Made by a program: the position numbers and the translations under genes. 64,000 nucleotides of DNA from Candidatus Kerfeldbacteria bacterium (GTDB taxonomy: Bacteria; Patescibacteriota; Patescibacteriia; UBA10025; JAHIVO01). The DNA is taken from the NCBI GenBank assembly GCA_047946875.1, contig CP181398.1, forward strand, positions 649,041 to 713,040. Direction: 5' to 3'. Of the stretch, positions 17,671 to 29,779 are shown one piece after another; the stretch's first letter is position 1, and each line of letters opens with the position of its first letter. The notes under the pieces were generated by a model. That model saw nothing but the letters and a program-made list of their open reading frames with translations, had not been told where the DNA came from and did no database searches.

Positions 17671-17705
17671 AGGTCTGTGCGATACGCTCCACAGACCTTT
17701 TTTAT
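17671..17705 (+). terminator. rho-independent terminator
   Basis: AGGTCTGTG...CACAGACCT followed by T7. Confidence 0.65.
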
Positions 17706-17761
17706 TTGTAAAATTTAAAAAGACTAAGCAATAAAGTTTAGTCTTATATTTTTTTTACCCT

Positions 17762-18190
17762 TTAACTAATGACTTCAAAATCAATTACATCCTTACCATC
17801 TATATTTTCAATTCTAGCTAGAACTTTCTTGATTTCGATATTAGGGAAATCAGTTTTTACTAATTTTTCTGCTATTACCATATCATCAATCTGCTTTTTC
17901 TTTTCTGCTTCAATATCATCGAAGGCATCATGACCACCATAGGCACCACAATCCATATGATGAATGATGTACAGTTGGTCAACACTATGCAGACGATTAG
18001 CAATGTCGATTTGCTTCAATATTAATGGTTTACCATGTTGGTCGTTTTCTACCAAATCTTTGGTAGCTCCAGCCAAGCTGACCATATCATAATCACCCTT
18101 CAAATCATTTGAGATCAAAAAATCTCTAATCGCTGAACGAAAACGATAATCAATACAAACTACAACCAATGCTCTACAATGACCACCCAT
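17762..18190 (-). CDS. small beta-carbonic-anhydrase-like protein
   Basis: 142 aa; CIDYR (CxDxR) and HHMDCG (HxxC) zinc-ligand motifs with beta-CA-like spacing; directly downstream of atpC. Confidence 0.4.
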   Translation of the reverse strand: MGGHCRALVVVCIDYRFRSAIRDFLISNDLKGDYDMVSLAGATKDLVENDQHGKPLILKQIDIANRLHSVDQLYIIHHMDCGAYGGHDAFDDIEAEKKKQIDDMVIAEKLVKTDFPNIEIKKVLARIENIDGKDVIDFEVIS

Positions 18191-18215
18191 AAAATTTTCT
18201 CCTTTTTATTTTTAT

Positions 18216-18656
18216 TTAAATTGTTGGATTAATATCTTTTCGATGTCTTCTTCTCTTTACTACTTTTATTCTAATTAATTCTTTCTCAATCTTAGCAGAT
18301 AATGCGGCGAATTCTTTGGCGTCTGTTCTCTTCTCAGTCAATAACTTCTCAGCCTTCTGTCTAGCTTCTTCTGCCTTTGCTTCATCAATATCGTCTGACT
18401 TCTCAGCTGAATCAGCCAAAACTACCACCTTGTCAGGTCGCACTTCTATGAATCCTCCGGACACAGCCAGATACTCCTCTTCTTTACCTTTCTTAATCTT
18501 TAATTCTCCTGGTTTCAGAATAGAAACCAATGGAATATGATTTGGCAATATACCAATTTCACCCTGCACAGTCGGCAAAACAACCTCATCTACCTGATCA
18601 GAATATACTACTTTTTCAGGAGTTATTATTTCAAAATTAAGTTTTTTTTCTGCCAT
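18216..18656 (-). CDS. atpC: F0F1 ATP synthase epsilon subunit
   Basis: 146 aa; beta-sandwich plus helical hairpin; operon position. Confidence 0.85.
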   Translation of the reverse strand: MAEKKLNFEIITPEKVVYSDQVDEVVLPTVQGEIGILPNHIPLVSILKPGELKIKKGKEEEYLAVSGGFIEVRPDKVVVLADSAEKSDDIDEAKAEEARQKAEKLLTEKRTDAKEFAALSAKIEKELIRIKVVKRRRHRKDINPTI

Positions 18657-18666
18657 ACAAAAATTA

Positions 18667-20064
<1,398 letters not shown>

Positions 20065-20173
20065 TTATTATTAATTTATTTATTGTTTAAAACTCTTGAC
20101 AAATTTATGTATTTATAATTAGATATAGTAATTGTTCAAATTGTACATTGATAAAATAAACTAGGAGGAATTC

Positions 20174-20653
20174 ATGAATACGGATGTTTTACAACCATTA
20201 CCAGATGAGTATAAAGATAAAACTAGTAGCGAAATAGCGGTTTTATTGTTTGACTCATCAAAAATTAATAATACTGAGTTAGCAAATATACTTGGTATCG
20301 GCAGGACAACTCTGTGGCGATATCGGAAGAAAAAATTCTCAAAACTGATTATGGCTAATGCTATCATTCAAGCTTTGGGTTATATTCCACCTAATCTACC
20401 TCAACGGAAAATGCCTGCTACGACTTCAGATGATCAACAGCTCTACTCTGGTACAATAGTATATAGCTATTTAAATGGTACTGTAACCTACATCAAATGG
20501 TTAGAGAAAAAATCAGAGACGCTCTGTAAGGTAAAATTAGACAAATATGATAGAGAAATAGTAATAATATTTCCTTATGATATTACTGATCGTGTCTTCC
20601 GTGAGTCTAAAATAATACTAGTCAATGAAATGGTTGGTAAAATCAAACTCTAA
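20174..20653 (+). CDS. HTH-domain protein (paralog 1)
   Basis: 159 aa; LANILGIGRTTLWRY helix-turn-helix. Confidence 0.5.
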   Translation: MNTDVLQPLPDEYKDKTSSEIAVLLFDSSKINNTELANILGIGRTTLWRYRKKKFSKLIMANAIIQALGYIPPNLPQRKMPATTSDDQQLYSGTIVYSYLNGTVTYIKWLEKKSETLCKVKLDKYDREIVIIFPYDITDRVFRESKIILVNEMVGKIKL

Positions 20654-20672
20654 AATAACGGAGGTAAGAGTG

Positions 20673-21164
20673 ATGAACGATCAAGGATTGAACAATTCAT
20701 TTCCTATTATCGATCTAAATCAAGACGATGCAACATTACTTGAAACAATTTATCAAGCATTCTTATTAACTGGTGAAAACGACGTTGTTCTATCACGTAG
20801 ACTAGGAATTTCTCGTAACACCCTCCGATCTATAAAAAATGGTAACCACGGAATTCTGTCAAAATCTCTATCTATCTTGCGTAGTCTTGGATATTGCCTC
20901 ATCCTCCCGATAACTGATTCAGCATTCGAATTTCGACAGTTACCTATTGTGGTAACCTCGGCTATTGAAAATCCCGATCCGGATTGTTTTGAAGAGGTTA
21001 CTAGATGTAAGCAATATCTGGTAGATGATGGATGGGAAATTGTTCTGATTAATCGCCGTCCAATAGATGATGACAGGTATCAGTTCACTTTACATGCTCG
21101 CCGGTTGGTCCCTGAAGATTTTAAAGAAAAATCATCAAATACCCAATCTGTGGCTGCAGTATGA
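20673..21164 (+). CDS. HTH-domain protein (paralog 2)
   Basis: Start moved to the ATG 8 nt after GGAGG; LSRRLGISRNTLRSI helix-turn-helix; shares the (A/S)LGY motif with paralog 1. Confidence 0.5.
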   Translation: MNDQGLNNSFPIIDLNQDDATLLETIYQAFLLTGENDVVLSRRLGISRNTLRSIKNGNHGILSKSLSILRSLGYCLILPITDSAFEFRQLPIVVTSAIENPDPDCFEEVTRCKQYLVDDGWEIVLINRRPIDDDRYQFTLHARRLVPEDFKEKSSNTQSVAAV

Positions 21165-21291
21165 CTCCTTTGTTTATTATAAAGCGCTTTTAAGATTATT
21201 ATCTTAGGCGCTTTTTTTATTTAATGTACTTTCCAATTACTGGATAAAATCTATATTCAATAATTAAATACAAATTTCAGCCAATAACTTA

Positions 21292-22212
21292 TTATTTGAC
21301 TGCTGCAGCCCCGGCACTAATTTCTGCTATCTCTGATGTAATTGCCTGTTGTCTAGCTTGGTTGAATGTTAGATTCAAATCATCAATCATATCTCCAGCT
21401 GCATCAGATGCATTACGCATGGCTACCATTCGTGAAGAATGTTCAGATGCATTTGATTCTAACAATGCTTGATATACTTGCAACTCAATCAAACGATGCA
21501 ACATCTGATCCAAAACTACATCAGGAGATGGTTCGAATGTATATTCCAAATCTGTAGTTTCAGCTTCTACATTATCCTTCTTATCTTTTATAACATGACC
21601 CAACTCATTATCTTCTTTTGAAATAGGTAATAATTTTCTAATATAAGCTTCTTGAGATACGGCAGATTTATAATCAGTATAAGCAATTACTACTCTTTCA
21701 TATTTTCCAGATAAATAATCTGTGATAACCATCTTTGCTATAGCGCTTATTTCCGTAACACTTTCTGCAGTTTCTGGTTTAGGAAAGTTAGCAATAATCT
21801 TATGATTATATTGATGCATAATATCTTTACCACGATCACCCATCAAAAATATGTCCGCTATCTCTTCAATATTTTTTTCTTTTTTCTTTTTATCTAAATA
21901 CCCTGCAACTTTTTCAACAATCTCACGATTAAATCCGCCACATAAACCACGGTTTGAATTAATCATTATTATGCCTATTTTTCCGTCTTTTGATTCTTTT
22001 CTTTCTAATAAAGGATGGTGAGAAGCATCTGTCTTGGCAGATAGATTCTTAACAATATCCCAAGCCGTATTTGCATAATGACGGGTTTCCAAAACAGACT
22101 TCACTGCTTTTCTCATTTTTGAAGCAGCAACCAACTCCATAGCTTTAGTAATTTTTTTAGTACTACTTATGGAGCGAAGACGTCTTTTTATTTCTTTAGT
22201 TGCTAGGGGCAT
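21292..22212 (-). CDS. atpG: F0F1 ATP synthase gamma subunit
   Basis: 306 aa; N-terminal KEIKRRLRSISSTKKITKAMELVAASKMRKA. Confidence 0.9.
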   Translation of the reverse strand: MPLATKEIKRRLRSISSTKKITKAMELVAASKMRKAVKSVLETRHYANTAWDIVKNLSAKTDASHHPLLERKESKDGKIGIIMINSNRGLCGGFNREIVEKVAGYLDKKKKEKNIEEIADIFLMGDRGKDIMHQYNHKIIANFPKPETAESVTEISAIAKMVITDYLSGKYERVVIAYTDYKSAVSQEAYIRKLLPISKEDNELGHVIKDKKDNVEAETTDLEYTFEPSPDVVLDQMLHRLIELQVYQALLESNASEHSSRMVAMRNASDAAGDMIDDLNLTFNQARQQAITSEIAEISAGAAAVK

Positions 22213-22262
22213 AATTTATTTCTTTCAGGCATAGCCTGATCCGGCTCTGCCGGAATCTTTAT

Positions 22263-23810
22263 TTAATTATTAACCTTTTTAGTCTCTTTCTCTTCTTCTT
22301 TTACAACAAAATTTGTTGTTTTTTTAAAGTCTTCTATTGTTTGTCTTAATTTCTTATCAATATCTTCAGTAATATCTCCGGCATCAGAAATTTCTTTCAG
22401 TAAATCTTTTGCTGACATATTTAGATATTTATCAAATTCAGTTTCAAATTCTTTGATTTTCTCTACTGGAATATCAGACAACAATTCATTAACCGCAGCA
22501 AATAATATTGCTACTTGATTTTCCATCGGTACTGGCGCAAATAAACCTTGTTTCAATATTTCAGTTAACCTTTTACCTAATTCTAATTGTCGTTGTGTAG
22601 CATCATCAAGATCAGAACCAAACTGTGCGAAAGCTGCTAATTCTCTAAACTGAGCTAAATCCAAACGTAATTTGCCGGCTACTTTTTTCATAGCTTTGGT
22701 TTGGGCAGCAGAACCAACACGAGACACTGACAAGCCAACACTAATCGCTGGTCTAATACCTTGATAAAATAAATCTGGCTCCAAAAATATTTGACCATCT
22801 GTAATAGAAATTACATTGGTAGGAATATAGGCAGAAATATCTCCTGCTTGAGTTTCGATAATTGGCAAGGCTGTTAATGATCCACCACCATAATCTTTAT
22901 TTAATTTAGCAGATCTTTCTAATAGTCTTGAATGTAAATAAAATACATCACCTGGATAAGCTTCACGGCCTGGAGGTCTCCTTAATAACAATGAAATCTG
23001 TCGATATGCCCAAGCATGCTTGGATAAATCATCATAAATAACTAGAGCATCTTTACCCTGCTCCATGAAATATTCTGCCATTGCACATCCAGAGTAAGGG
23101 GAAATATATGATAAACTTGCTGGATCAGAAGCACCAGCTACTACTACAATAGTATGTTCCATTGCTCCATGTTTTTCCAATTCAGTAACAATCTTAGCTA
23201 TCTTTGATTCCTTCTGACCAATAGCCACATAAACACAAGTTACACCTTTACCTTTTTGATTGATAATAGTATCTATAGTCAAAGCTGTTTTACCTGTCTG
23301 ACGATCACCAATAATCAACTCACGTTGGCCACGTCCAATAGGTATCATTGAATCAATAGCCTTAATACCAGTTTGTAGTGGCGTATCTACTGATTTTCTA
23401 GTAATAACACGAGGGGCAATTTTTTCTACTGGGTAATATTGGTCAGTATTAATATCACCTTTACCATCAATAGGCTCACCTAGTGGATTCACAACTCTAC
23501 CAACTAAAGCATCGCCAACAGGTACCTGTAAAATTTTACCAGTACTTTTAACAGTATCTCCTTCATTAATACCTTCATTACCACCAAGGATAATAGCACC
23601 AACAGAATCTTCTTCTAGGTTCAAGGCTACACCATATTTTCCGCCAGGAAATTCTATCATCTCCATAGCCAAAACATCAGACAGTCCAGAAATCATAGCG
23701 ATGCCATCACCTATTTCTTCGACTGTACCAACTTTTTCAGTTGAGACAGATGTTTTGAAATCAGTAATCTGTTTTTTTAGTTCTTCGATAACGAAATCTT
23801 TGCTTGACAT
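22263..23810 (-). CDS. atpA: F0F1 ATP synthase alpha subunit
   Basis: 515 aa; GDRQTGKT Walker A. Confidence 0.95.
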   Translation of the reverse strand: MSSKDFVIEELKKQITDFKTSVSTEKVGTVEEIGDGIAMISGLSDVLAMEMIEFPGGKYGVALNLEEDSVGAIILGGNEGINEGDTVKSTGKILQVPVGDALVGRVVNPLGEPIDGKGDINTDQYYPVEKIAPRVITRKSVDTPLQTGIKAIDSMIPIGRGQRELIIGDRQTGKTALTIDTIINQKGKGVTCVYVAIGQKESKIAKIVTELEKHGAMEHTIVVVAGASDPASLSYISPYSGCAMAEYFMEQGKDALVIYDDLSKHAWAYRQISLLLRRPPGREAYPGDVFYLHSRLLERSAKLNKDYGGGSLTALPIIETQAGDISAYIPTNVISITDGQIFLEPDLFYQGIRPAISVGLSVSRVGSAAQTKAMKKVAGKLRLDLAQFRELAAFAQFGSDLDDATQRQLELGKRLTEILKQGLFAPVPMENQVAILFAAVNELLSDIPVEKIKEFETEFDKYLNMSAKDLLKEISDAGDITEDIDKKLRQTIEDFKKTTNFVVKEEEKETKKVNN

Positions 23811-23863
23811 ATTTTTTAAATTAATTTATATTATTATTTATATTATTATTCTTTATTAACATT

Positions 23864-24262
23864 TTATTTTAAAGTTTCTGCTAGCAACTCTATTCTTCTC
23901 TGTACGCTTCCATCAATTATAGTATCATTATATTTGATTACCATACCACCAATCAATTTCTCATCCGTTCCTGTTTTGATTTCAATTTCTTTATTTAATG
24001 ATCCACTTAACTTATTCTTAATCATATCCAATATATTCTGGTCAATTTTCTCAGCAGTTGTAACAGTAATTTCAAGATTATTTTCTTGTTCATTATAATA
24101 ATTTCTAAAAGCTTTGATAATTTTTTCTACTTTGTTTACATCTTTATTCTTTATCAAAATTCCTACAAAAGATTTTAGAATATCAGAAAGCTTATGCTCA
24201 TCTACATTTTTTATAGACTCATATAAACTGATTGCGTATTTTTTTGGAGGAATATTCTTCAT
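23864..24262 (-). CDS. atpH: ATP synthase delta (OSCP) subunit, short form
   Basis: 132 aa; operon position; OSCP-like C-terminus. Confidence 0.7.
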   Translation of the reverse strand: MKNIPPKKYAISLYESIKNVDEHKLSDILKSFVGILIKNKDVNKVEKIIKAFRNYYNEQENNLEITVTTAEKIDQNILDMIKNKLSGSLNKEIEIKTGTDEKLIGGMVIKYNDTIIDGSVQRRIELLAETLK

Positions 24263-24267
24263 TATTT

Positions 24268-24765
24268 CTAATTTACTTGATTTATTGTATCTTCGATTAG
24301 TTTTTTGTTGCTTTCTTTATCTATCTCTTTTCCAATAATCTTGGAGCTGGCTATGACAACTAAATCAGCTACTTCTTGTTTTGCTTCCTTAATTATTTTT
24401 TCTTTCTCATCTTCTAAATCAGCTTTTGTTTTAGCAACAATTTTTTCTACCTCTTCTCTTGTCTGCTTCAATTTCTCATCACGAGTATGGTCAGATTCTT
24501 TATGAACTGTTTCCATAATTATCTGAGCTTCTTTTTTTGCTTCAATAACTATTTTTTCTTTAGTATCACCTGCTTCTTTTAATTTCTTTTCAATCTCTTC
24601 AGCATCTTTTAAACTTTTCTCAATATCATCACTACGTTTATTCATCACTTTCATCAATGGCTTTATAGCGAAGAACCATAAAACTCCTAAGACAATCGCG
24701 AAATTAATAATTTGAGCTATTAATAATTTCCAGTCAATATGAAATGTTTTTACTAATTCGTCCAT
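24268..24765 (-). CDS. atpF: ATP synthase F0 subunit b
   Basis: 165 aa; single TM helix followed by a charged coiled coil. Confidence 0.8.
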   Translation of the reverse strand: MDELVKTFHIDWKLLIAQIINFAIVLGVLWFFAIKPLMKVMNKRSDDIEKSLKDAEEIEKKLKEAGDTKEKIVIEAKKEAQIIMETVHKESDHTRDEKLKQTREEVEKIVAKTKADLEDEKEKIIKEAKQEVADLVVIASSKIIGKEIDKESNKKLIEDTINQVN

Positions 24766-24840
24766 AAATTTTAAATTAAGTTAATTGTATAACTATAGAA
24801 GGCCTAATCTCGAAAACAAGACCTTCTAGACGTCATAAAA

Positions 24841-25089
<249 letters not shown>

Positions 25090-25150
25090 TTATATTTTTA
25101 GTTTATTGTCGGTGTAAACAAACAAATTTATTAGTTATTATTTATTAATA

Positions 25151-26062
25151 TTAATGCTCTTCGTCTGTAGAAGCAATAGTGAAATAGACCAATGTTAGCA
25201 TAGCGAAAATCAATGCCTGAATAATGCCAACTATTACTTCCAAAAATATAAACGGGATTGGCAATGCATAAGCAAATATTACTGCCATCGAAGATAGCAA
25301 TACCTCACCAGCAAAAACATTACCAAAGAGACGAAATGACAAGGAAGCAATTTTGGCTACCTCACCAATAATCTCAATTATACCGACAAAAAACTTTATC
25401 GGATTAATTAAAACAATTGTTGGTTCTTTCATTATCTTTTTTGGAATTTCTCCTAATGTTTTTAGGTTTATAAACTTATTAAAATGTTTCCATGCTCCAA
25501 CCATAAAAATACCAAATACATTAGATCCAATCACAGCGAACAAAGCTAATGCTAAAGTAGTATTCAGATCTGCAGTACCACCTCTAAAAAATGGCACAAA
25601 CAATGCTGCACCATGCCCTTCTTCTATAAAACCTATAGAACCAATCCCAGGAATCAATCCTAACCAGTTGTTAACCAAAATGAATATAAATATAGCAAAT
25701 ACAAATGGGAATATCTTCATTGTTTTTTTTCTGTCTCCAGTTACAGAGTCAGCCATATCCATAGCTCCGTCAACTATAATTTCAAAAGCATTTTGGATGC
25801 CACGAGGAATTTTTTTTATACTTCTACCTATTACTACAGCTAAAATAACGATAATAAAAACTGCCAACCAACTATTAATTAGCGAGTTGGTGACATTAAA
25901 ACCTCCTATATTAAATACTGGCTCAGCATGCAACGTCACCTCGTGGGCAACTTCTTCGTGCGTTTCTTCAACACCTTCTTCGTGAGTATCTACGACTACT
26001 TCTTTATGAGAATCTTCTGTTGTCGTATCTTTAATTTCAGTTGTTTCTTCTAGCAAATCCAT
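25151..26062 (-). CDS. atpB: ATP synthase F0 subunit a with an acidic/His-rich N-terminal extension
   Basis: 303 aa; polytopic; operon position. Confidence 0.85.
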   Translation of the reverse strand: MDLLEETTEIKDTTTEDSHKEVVVDTHEEGVEETHEEVAHEVTLHAEPVFNIGGFNVTNSLINSWLAVFIIVILAVVIGRSIKKIPRGIQNAFEIIVDGAMDMADSVTGDRKKTMKIFPFVFAIFIFILVNNWLGLIPGIGSIGFIEEGHGAALFVPFFRGGTADLNTTLALALFAVIGSNVFGIFMVGAWKHFNKFINLKTLGEIPKKIMKEPTIVLINPIKFFVGIIEIIGEVAKIASLSFRLFGNVFAGEVLLSSMAVIFAYALPIPFIFLEVIVGIIQALIFAMLTLVYFTIASTDEEH

Positions 26063-26067
26063 TTTAG

Positions 26068-26343
26068 TTATTTATTGTCAGTCTTATCTGACTTAGTTTC
26101 TTTTTTAGCTTCTTTTTCGATTTGATTTATATATTTACCTGCTACTTTTATTATCCCTATTGTAGTAATGATGAAAGCGGCAGCAGTAAGCCCTAGAAAA
26201 TACCAAGGTTCAGAATCATTCTTCTCATCCAAATACCTACCTAAAAATAATGCCGCAATAATTGGTGCAGCTATCCATCCAATTACTTCTCCAAATACTG
26301 TCATACCGGCATGCCACCATGCTTGTTCTGGTTCTTTTTTCAT
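26068..26343 (-). CDS. AtpZ/AtpI-family small membrane protein
   Basis: 91 aa; two TM helices; first gene of the atp operon. Confidence 0.6.
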   Translation of the reverse strand: MKKEPEQAWWHAGMTVFGEVIGWIAAPIIAALFLGRYLDEKNDSEPWYFLGLTAAAFIITTIGIIKVAGKYINQIEKEAKKETKSDKTDNK

Positions 26344-26544
26344 ACAAATATATAAAATAACACTAACTCATGAATTACCATTTTTTACTTTAAAATAAGG
26401 CTAAAATTAGTTTGTTTATCCACAAGTTGGCTATATTCTAGAGTAATATGAGTTAAAAGTCAACCCCCCTCGAATTTAGATTTGATTGTAAATAGATTTT
26501 TAACCTAACATTAGCCAATTTAATAAAAAACCTCCATATATTTA

Positions 26545-26892
26545 CTATAAGGAGGCTATATTTGTGTGAATCTTTGGATGATTTTGTAACAACCAAAGAG
26601 TGATAGATATAGACATATCCCTGACTGAATGACCAAAGTCAGCAAGCTCGTTGAATGGCGGGAACTCATCTTGCATGTCCCAACAGACAGGAATTCTATA
26701 GATAATATTGTGCGGGATTTCTGGTATATCCAACATAATATTTAAATCTATCCTCATTAATTCAGAGATAAAATCAGACAAACTAAGTTCTGAAAAAAGT
26801 GTATAACCAGATACACTATTGTTATTACTGTCTGCCCGTAAAATCCCAATCATCTTTCTAAGGATTACCGTTTGGACGCAGTTTATATCCAT
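26545..26892 (-). CDS. hypothetical protein
   Basis: 115-aa ORF; 2-nt gap after the fabD stop. Confidence 0.4.
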   Translation of the reverse strand: MDINCVQTVILRKMIGILRADSNNNSVSGYTLFSELSLSDFISELMRIDLNIMLDIPEIPHNIIYRIPVCWDMQDEFPPFNELADFGHSVRDMSISITLWLLQNHPKIHTNIASL

Positions 26893-26894
26893 AA

Positions 26895-27845
26895 TTACCT
26901 CACCTGGTTAATTGCTGCTGTTAGAGTTTTTAGATCATCAATTCCATAAACAGGAATTGATTTGTCTATCTGACGCATTAAATTAACAATAACTTTACTT
27001 GGACAGGGTACATATAATTCTTGAGCACCCATTCGAATTAAGCTATTTACAGACACGTCCCATAATACAGGAGATGTCGCTTGATAAGATAAAGTTTGAG
27101 GCACTTCCCAAGCACCACGATATGGCATCGCATCAGTATTCTTGATTACTGGTATTCTCGGTTTATGAAAATTAGTATTTTCAAATTGCTTCAACAATAC
27201 AGATTCCACCGGTTCCATTATACTACTATGAAATGGCGCAGAAACTTTCAAAGGAATTAATTTTCCTTTTAGCTTCCTAACTTTTTCACCAGCAGCCAGT
27301 ACAGATCTACTGTGACCAGAGATAACCACTTGCTTTGGTGAATTATAATTTGCAATGCTAAGTACATCACCTTCAATTGGTTCGTCACAAATTGTATTAA
27401 TTTGATCGTAACTCAATCCAATAATCGCAGCCATCATAGTATCGCCCGCTTTATCTGCAGCTTCTTGCATGGCCAAGCCACGCAAACGAACAATGCTAAT
27501 CGCATCTTCAAAAGAAATTACCCCAGATACTACCAAAGCAGAATACTCCCCTAAAGAATGTCCCGCCATACCAATAACATTTATTTTCCCAGCAGTTTCT
27601 TCATAAAAAACTCGCCAAGCTGCAATAGATGCTGTTAATATTACCGGTTGTGTATTAGACGTCAAAGATAGATCTTCATCAGTGCCATTAAAACACAAAT
27701 CAGCAATATCAATCCCTAATACAAGAGATGATATTTTGAAAGTATCTCTAACAACTTGGTACTTATCATAAAGCTCTTGATAACCGTCGGCAAATTCTGA
27801 TGCTTGCCCAGGAAATAAAAAAGCAATAGGTTTTACATTTGTCAT
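26895..27845 (-). CDS. fabD: ACP S-malonyltransferase
   Basis: 316 aa; FLFPGQ...GHSLGEYSA. Confidence 0.85.
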   Translation of the reverse strand: MTNVKPIAFLFPGQASEFADGYQELYDKYQVVRDTFKISSLVLGIDIADLCFNGTDEDLSLTSNTQPVILTASIAAWRVFYEETAGKINVIGMAGHSLGEYSALVVSGVISFEDAISIVRLRGLAMQEAADKAGDTMMAAIIGLSYDQINTICDEPIEGDVLSIANYNSPKQVVISGHSRSVLAAGEKVRKLKGKLIPLKVSAPFHSSIMEPVESVLLKQFENTNFHKPRIPVIKNTDAMPYRGAWEVPQTLSYQATSPVLWDVSVNSLIRMGAQELYVPCPSKVIVNLMRQIDKSIPVYGIDDLKTLTAAINQVR

Positions 27846-27923
27846 GTCAATGAACCTCCAATATATTTATTTTTATTTTTCTGTTAGTAGCTTAGTTAAT
27901 ACTACGGTAATTGTCAAGAATTT

Positions 27924-28709
27924 CTAATTAATTATTTCCTGCAACTTCTTCCATGATTTAACGATATCGTCATCTCCTAATACTTCTAAAGTGAAATAAT
28001 TTTTATAACCCGTCTTTTTAAGAAAGCTTATAAATTCTTTCAGGTCCAAATCCCCTTTTTTATCAAAACCAAAATGAGCTCTGCCTTTTGTAAATGCATT
28101 ATGTACATGAATATTTAATATCTTATCAATATTGTCCTCAAAATATTCTTTGTAGTCATCCTCGTTTTGCATACAATGTCCAATATCTACAGTAGATACT
28201 AACCGTGGAACTCTTTTTATTATTAATTCTAATTCATTAAGTTTGATGGGGTATCGTAAACTTGTCCCAGTACTAACAGGTAAATTTTCTATTGCCAACT
28301 CAAATCTTCTATCTACGAATTCTGCCAATCTTTCTAAATATGGTATCGCCATTTCGCGCGCTTCATCATCAGTGATATACATAGGCTTTCTACCAACATG
28401 TACTGTCATCACTTTACCCTCCAATATTTCTACATGCTTTACTGCCTCTTGCAAAGCTACTAAAGAAGCTTCATTAATAACTGTATTCATTGTAACAAAA
28501 GAGAAACCAATAAAAGGCGCATGAACAATAATTTCATATCCTGCTAATTTTTCTTTTAACCACTTTGAATCATCCAATGTCCATTCACCATATTCCAGCC
28601 ATACTTCTATATGCCCTAAGTTATTTAGTTGCTTCAAAAAAGCAATGCGCTGTTCAATGATACTTCTATCGTTTGTTATTATATTTAGAAAAGCTCCGTA
28701 TGATTTCAT
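27924..28709 (-). CDS. xylose-isomerase-like TIM-barrel protein (sugar phosphate isomerase/epimerase family)
   Basis: 261 aa; TIM-barrel pattern with His/Glu/Asp metal ligands. Confidence 0.5.
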   Translation of the reverse strand: MKSYGAFLNIITNDRSIIEQRIAFLKQLNNLGHIEVWLEYGEWTLDDSKWLKEKLAGYEIIVHAPFIGFSFVTMNTVINEASLVALQEAVKHVEILEGKVMTVHVGRKPMYITDDEAREMAIPYLERLAEFVDRRFELAIENLPVSTGTSLRYPIKLNELELIIKRVPRLVSTVDIGHCMQNEDDYKEYFEDNIDKILNIHVHNAFTKGRAHFGFDKKGDLDLKEFISFLKKTGYKNYFTLEVLGDDDIVKSWKKLQEIIN

Positions 28710-29776
28710 TATTCTTCTTTTGGTTTATCTATTTCAACTAGATCAAAATCGCCTCCTACTCCAGCAATCTTGTTGGTATCTTTATCCAACTTTTTAAATT
28801 CTTTATAAGCCGTATTATATGTATTTACAGTTGTACCTATCTGAACTCCCAACTTATCCATATAAGATTTGTAACTCATTATATGTTTAGACAGATTACC
28901 TACTCCTTTTTTAATTTCTTGAGCTGATTCCTCGATCTGCAAAGCACGTAAACCTTGTAATACAGTTTGCAAATAAGCTAGGAAACTTGTTGGTGATACT
29001 ATAATTACATGTTTTTCTTTGAATGCGTATTCAATCAAATCTCGAGTAGCCACTTTGACTGCACCAACTTTATTGACTAATAGATCATAATAAATAGCTT
29101 CCGACGGAATAAACATAAAAGCAAACTCCATTGTTTTTTCCCTTGGTCGCACGTACTTACTTGTTTCATCAATTCTATTTTTCAAATCTTGTTTAAATGC
29201 TTTTTCAAATTCTTCTTTTCTTATTGGATCAGTCTCTTCAACTATCCGTTTATAATTTTCCAAAGAAAATTTAGAATCAACAGGGATAATTTTTTCTTTT
29301 ACAAAAACAACCGCATCTACAATATCACCATTTTTAAACTTGTACTGCATTTGATAAGAATTTGGGGGTAGAACATTTTTTAATGTTTCTTCTAGATAAT
29401 ACTCTCCTAATATTCCACGTTGCTTAGGATTGTTTAATGTGTCCTGTAATTTATTTAGTTGCTCAGAAAAACCCAAGACTTGCTTATTAGTTTCGTCCAA
29501 CTTGGTAAGTCTCTCTGTGACATCTTGAACAATCTTTGCTGAATGCCCAAACTGATCTTGCATAGCCTTGGTTGATTCGGCCATTTTATTATCAAGCATC
29601 TTTGTCATCTCTCCACTTTTTTCGTTTAGATGACCTATCCTCTCTTCTAGACGTAATATTTTTTCATAAGTTTCTTTATCTTGCGGAGCTACTTGTTGTG
29701 ATTTACGAGTACTTATGAAAGTTAGGACTGTCCCCGCTAGAATCAAACCTGCCATTATTATTAATAGTGTATCCAT
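28709..29776 (-). CDS. rmuC: DNA recombination protein RmuC
   Basis: 355 aa; N-terminal TM helix and coiled coil; QRGILGEYYLEE...DAVVF...PVDSKF. Confidence 0.8.
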   Translation of the reverse strand: MDTLLIIMAGLILAGTVLTFISTRKSQQVAPQDKETYEKILRLEERIGHLNEKSGEMTKMLDNKMAESTKAMQDQFGHSAKIVQDVTERLTKLDETNKQVLGFSEQLNKLQDTLNNPKQRGILGEYYLEETLKNVLPPNSYQMQYKFKNGDIVDAVVFVKEKIIPVDSKFSLENYKRIVEETDPIRKEEFEKAFKQDLKNRIDETSKYVRPREKTMEFAFMFIPSEAIYYDLLVNKVGAVKVATRDLIEYAFKEKHVIIVSPTSFLAYLQTVLQGLRALQIEESAQEIKKGVGNLSKHIMSYKSYMDKLGVQIGTTVNTYNTAYKEFKKLDKDTNKIAGVGGDFDLVEIDKPKEE

Positions 29777-29779
29777 ATA

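Noticed and set aside
25353-25985. 210-aa plus-strand ORF inside atpB, and similar antisense ORFs in atpD, atpA, the helicase gene, the methyltransferase gene, etc.
   Set aside because: These are antisense shadows of strongly supported genes, with Ser/Ile/Pro-rich composition typical of AT-rich reverse frames.
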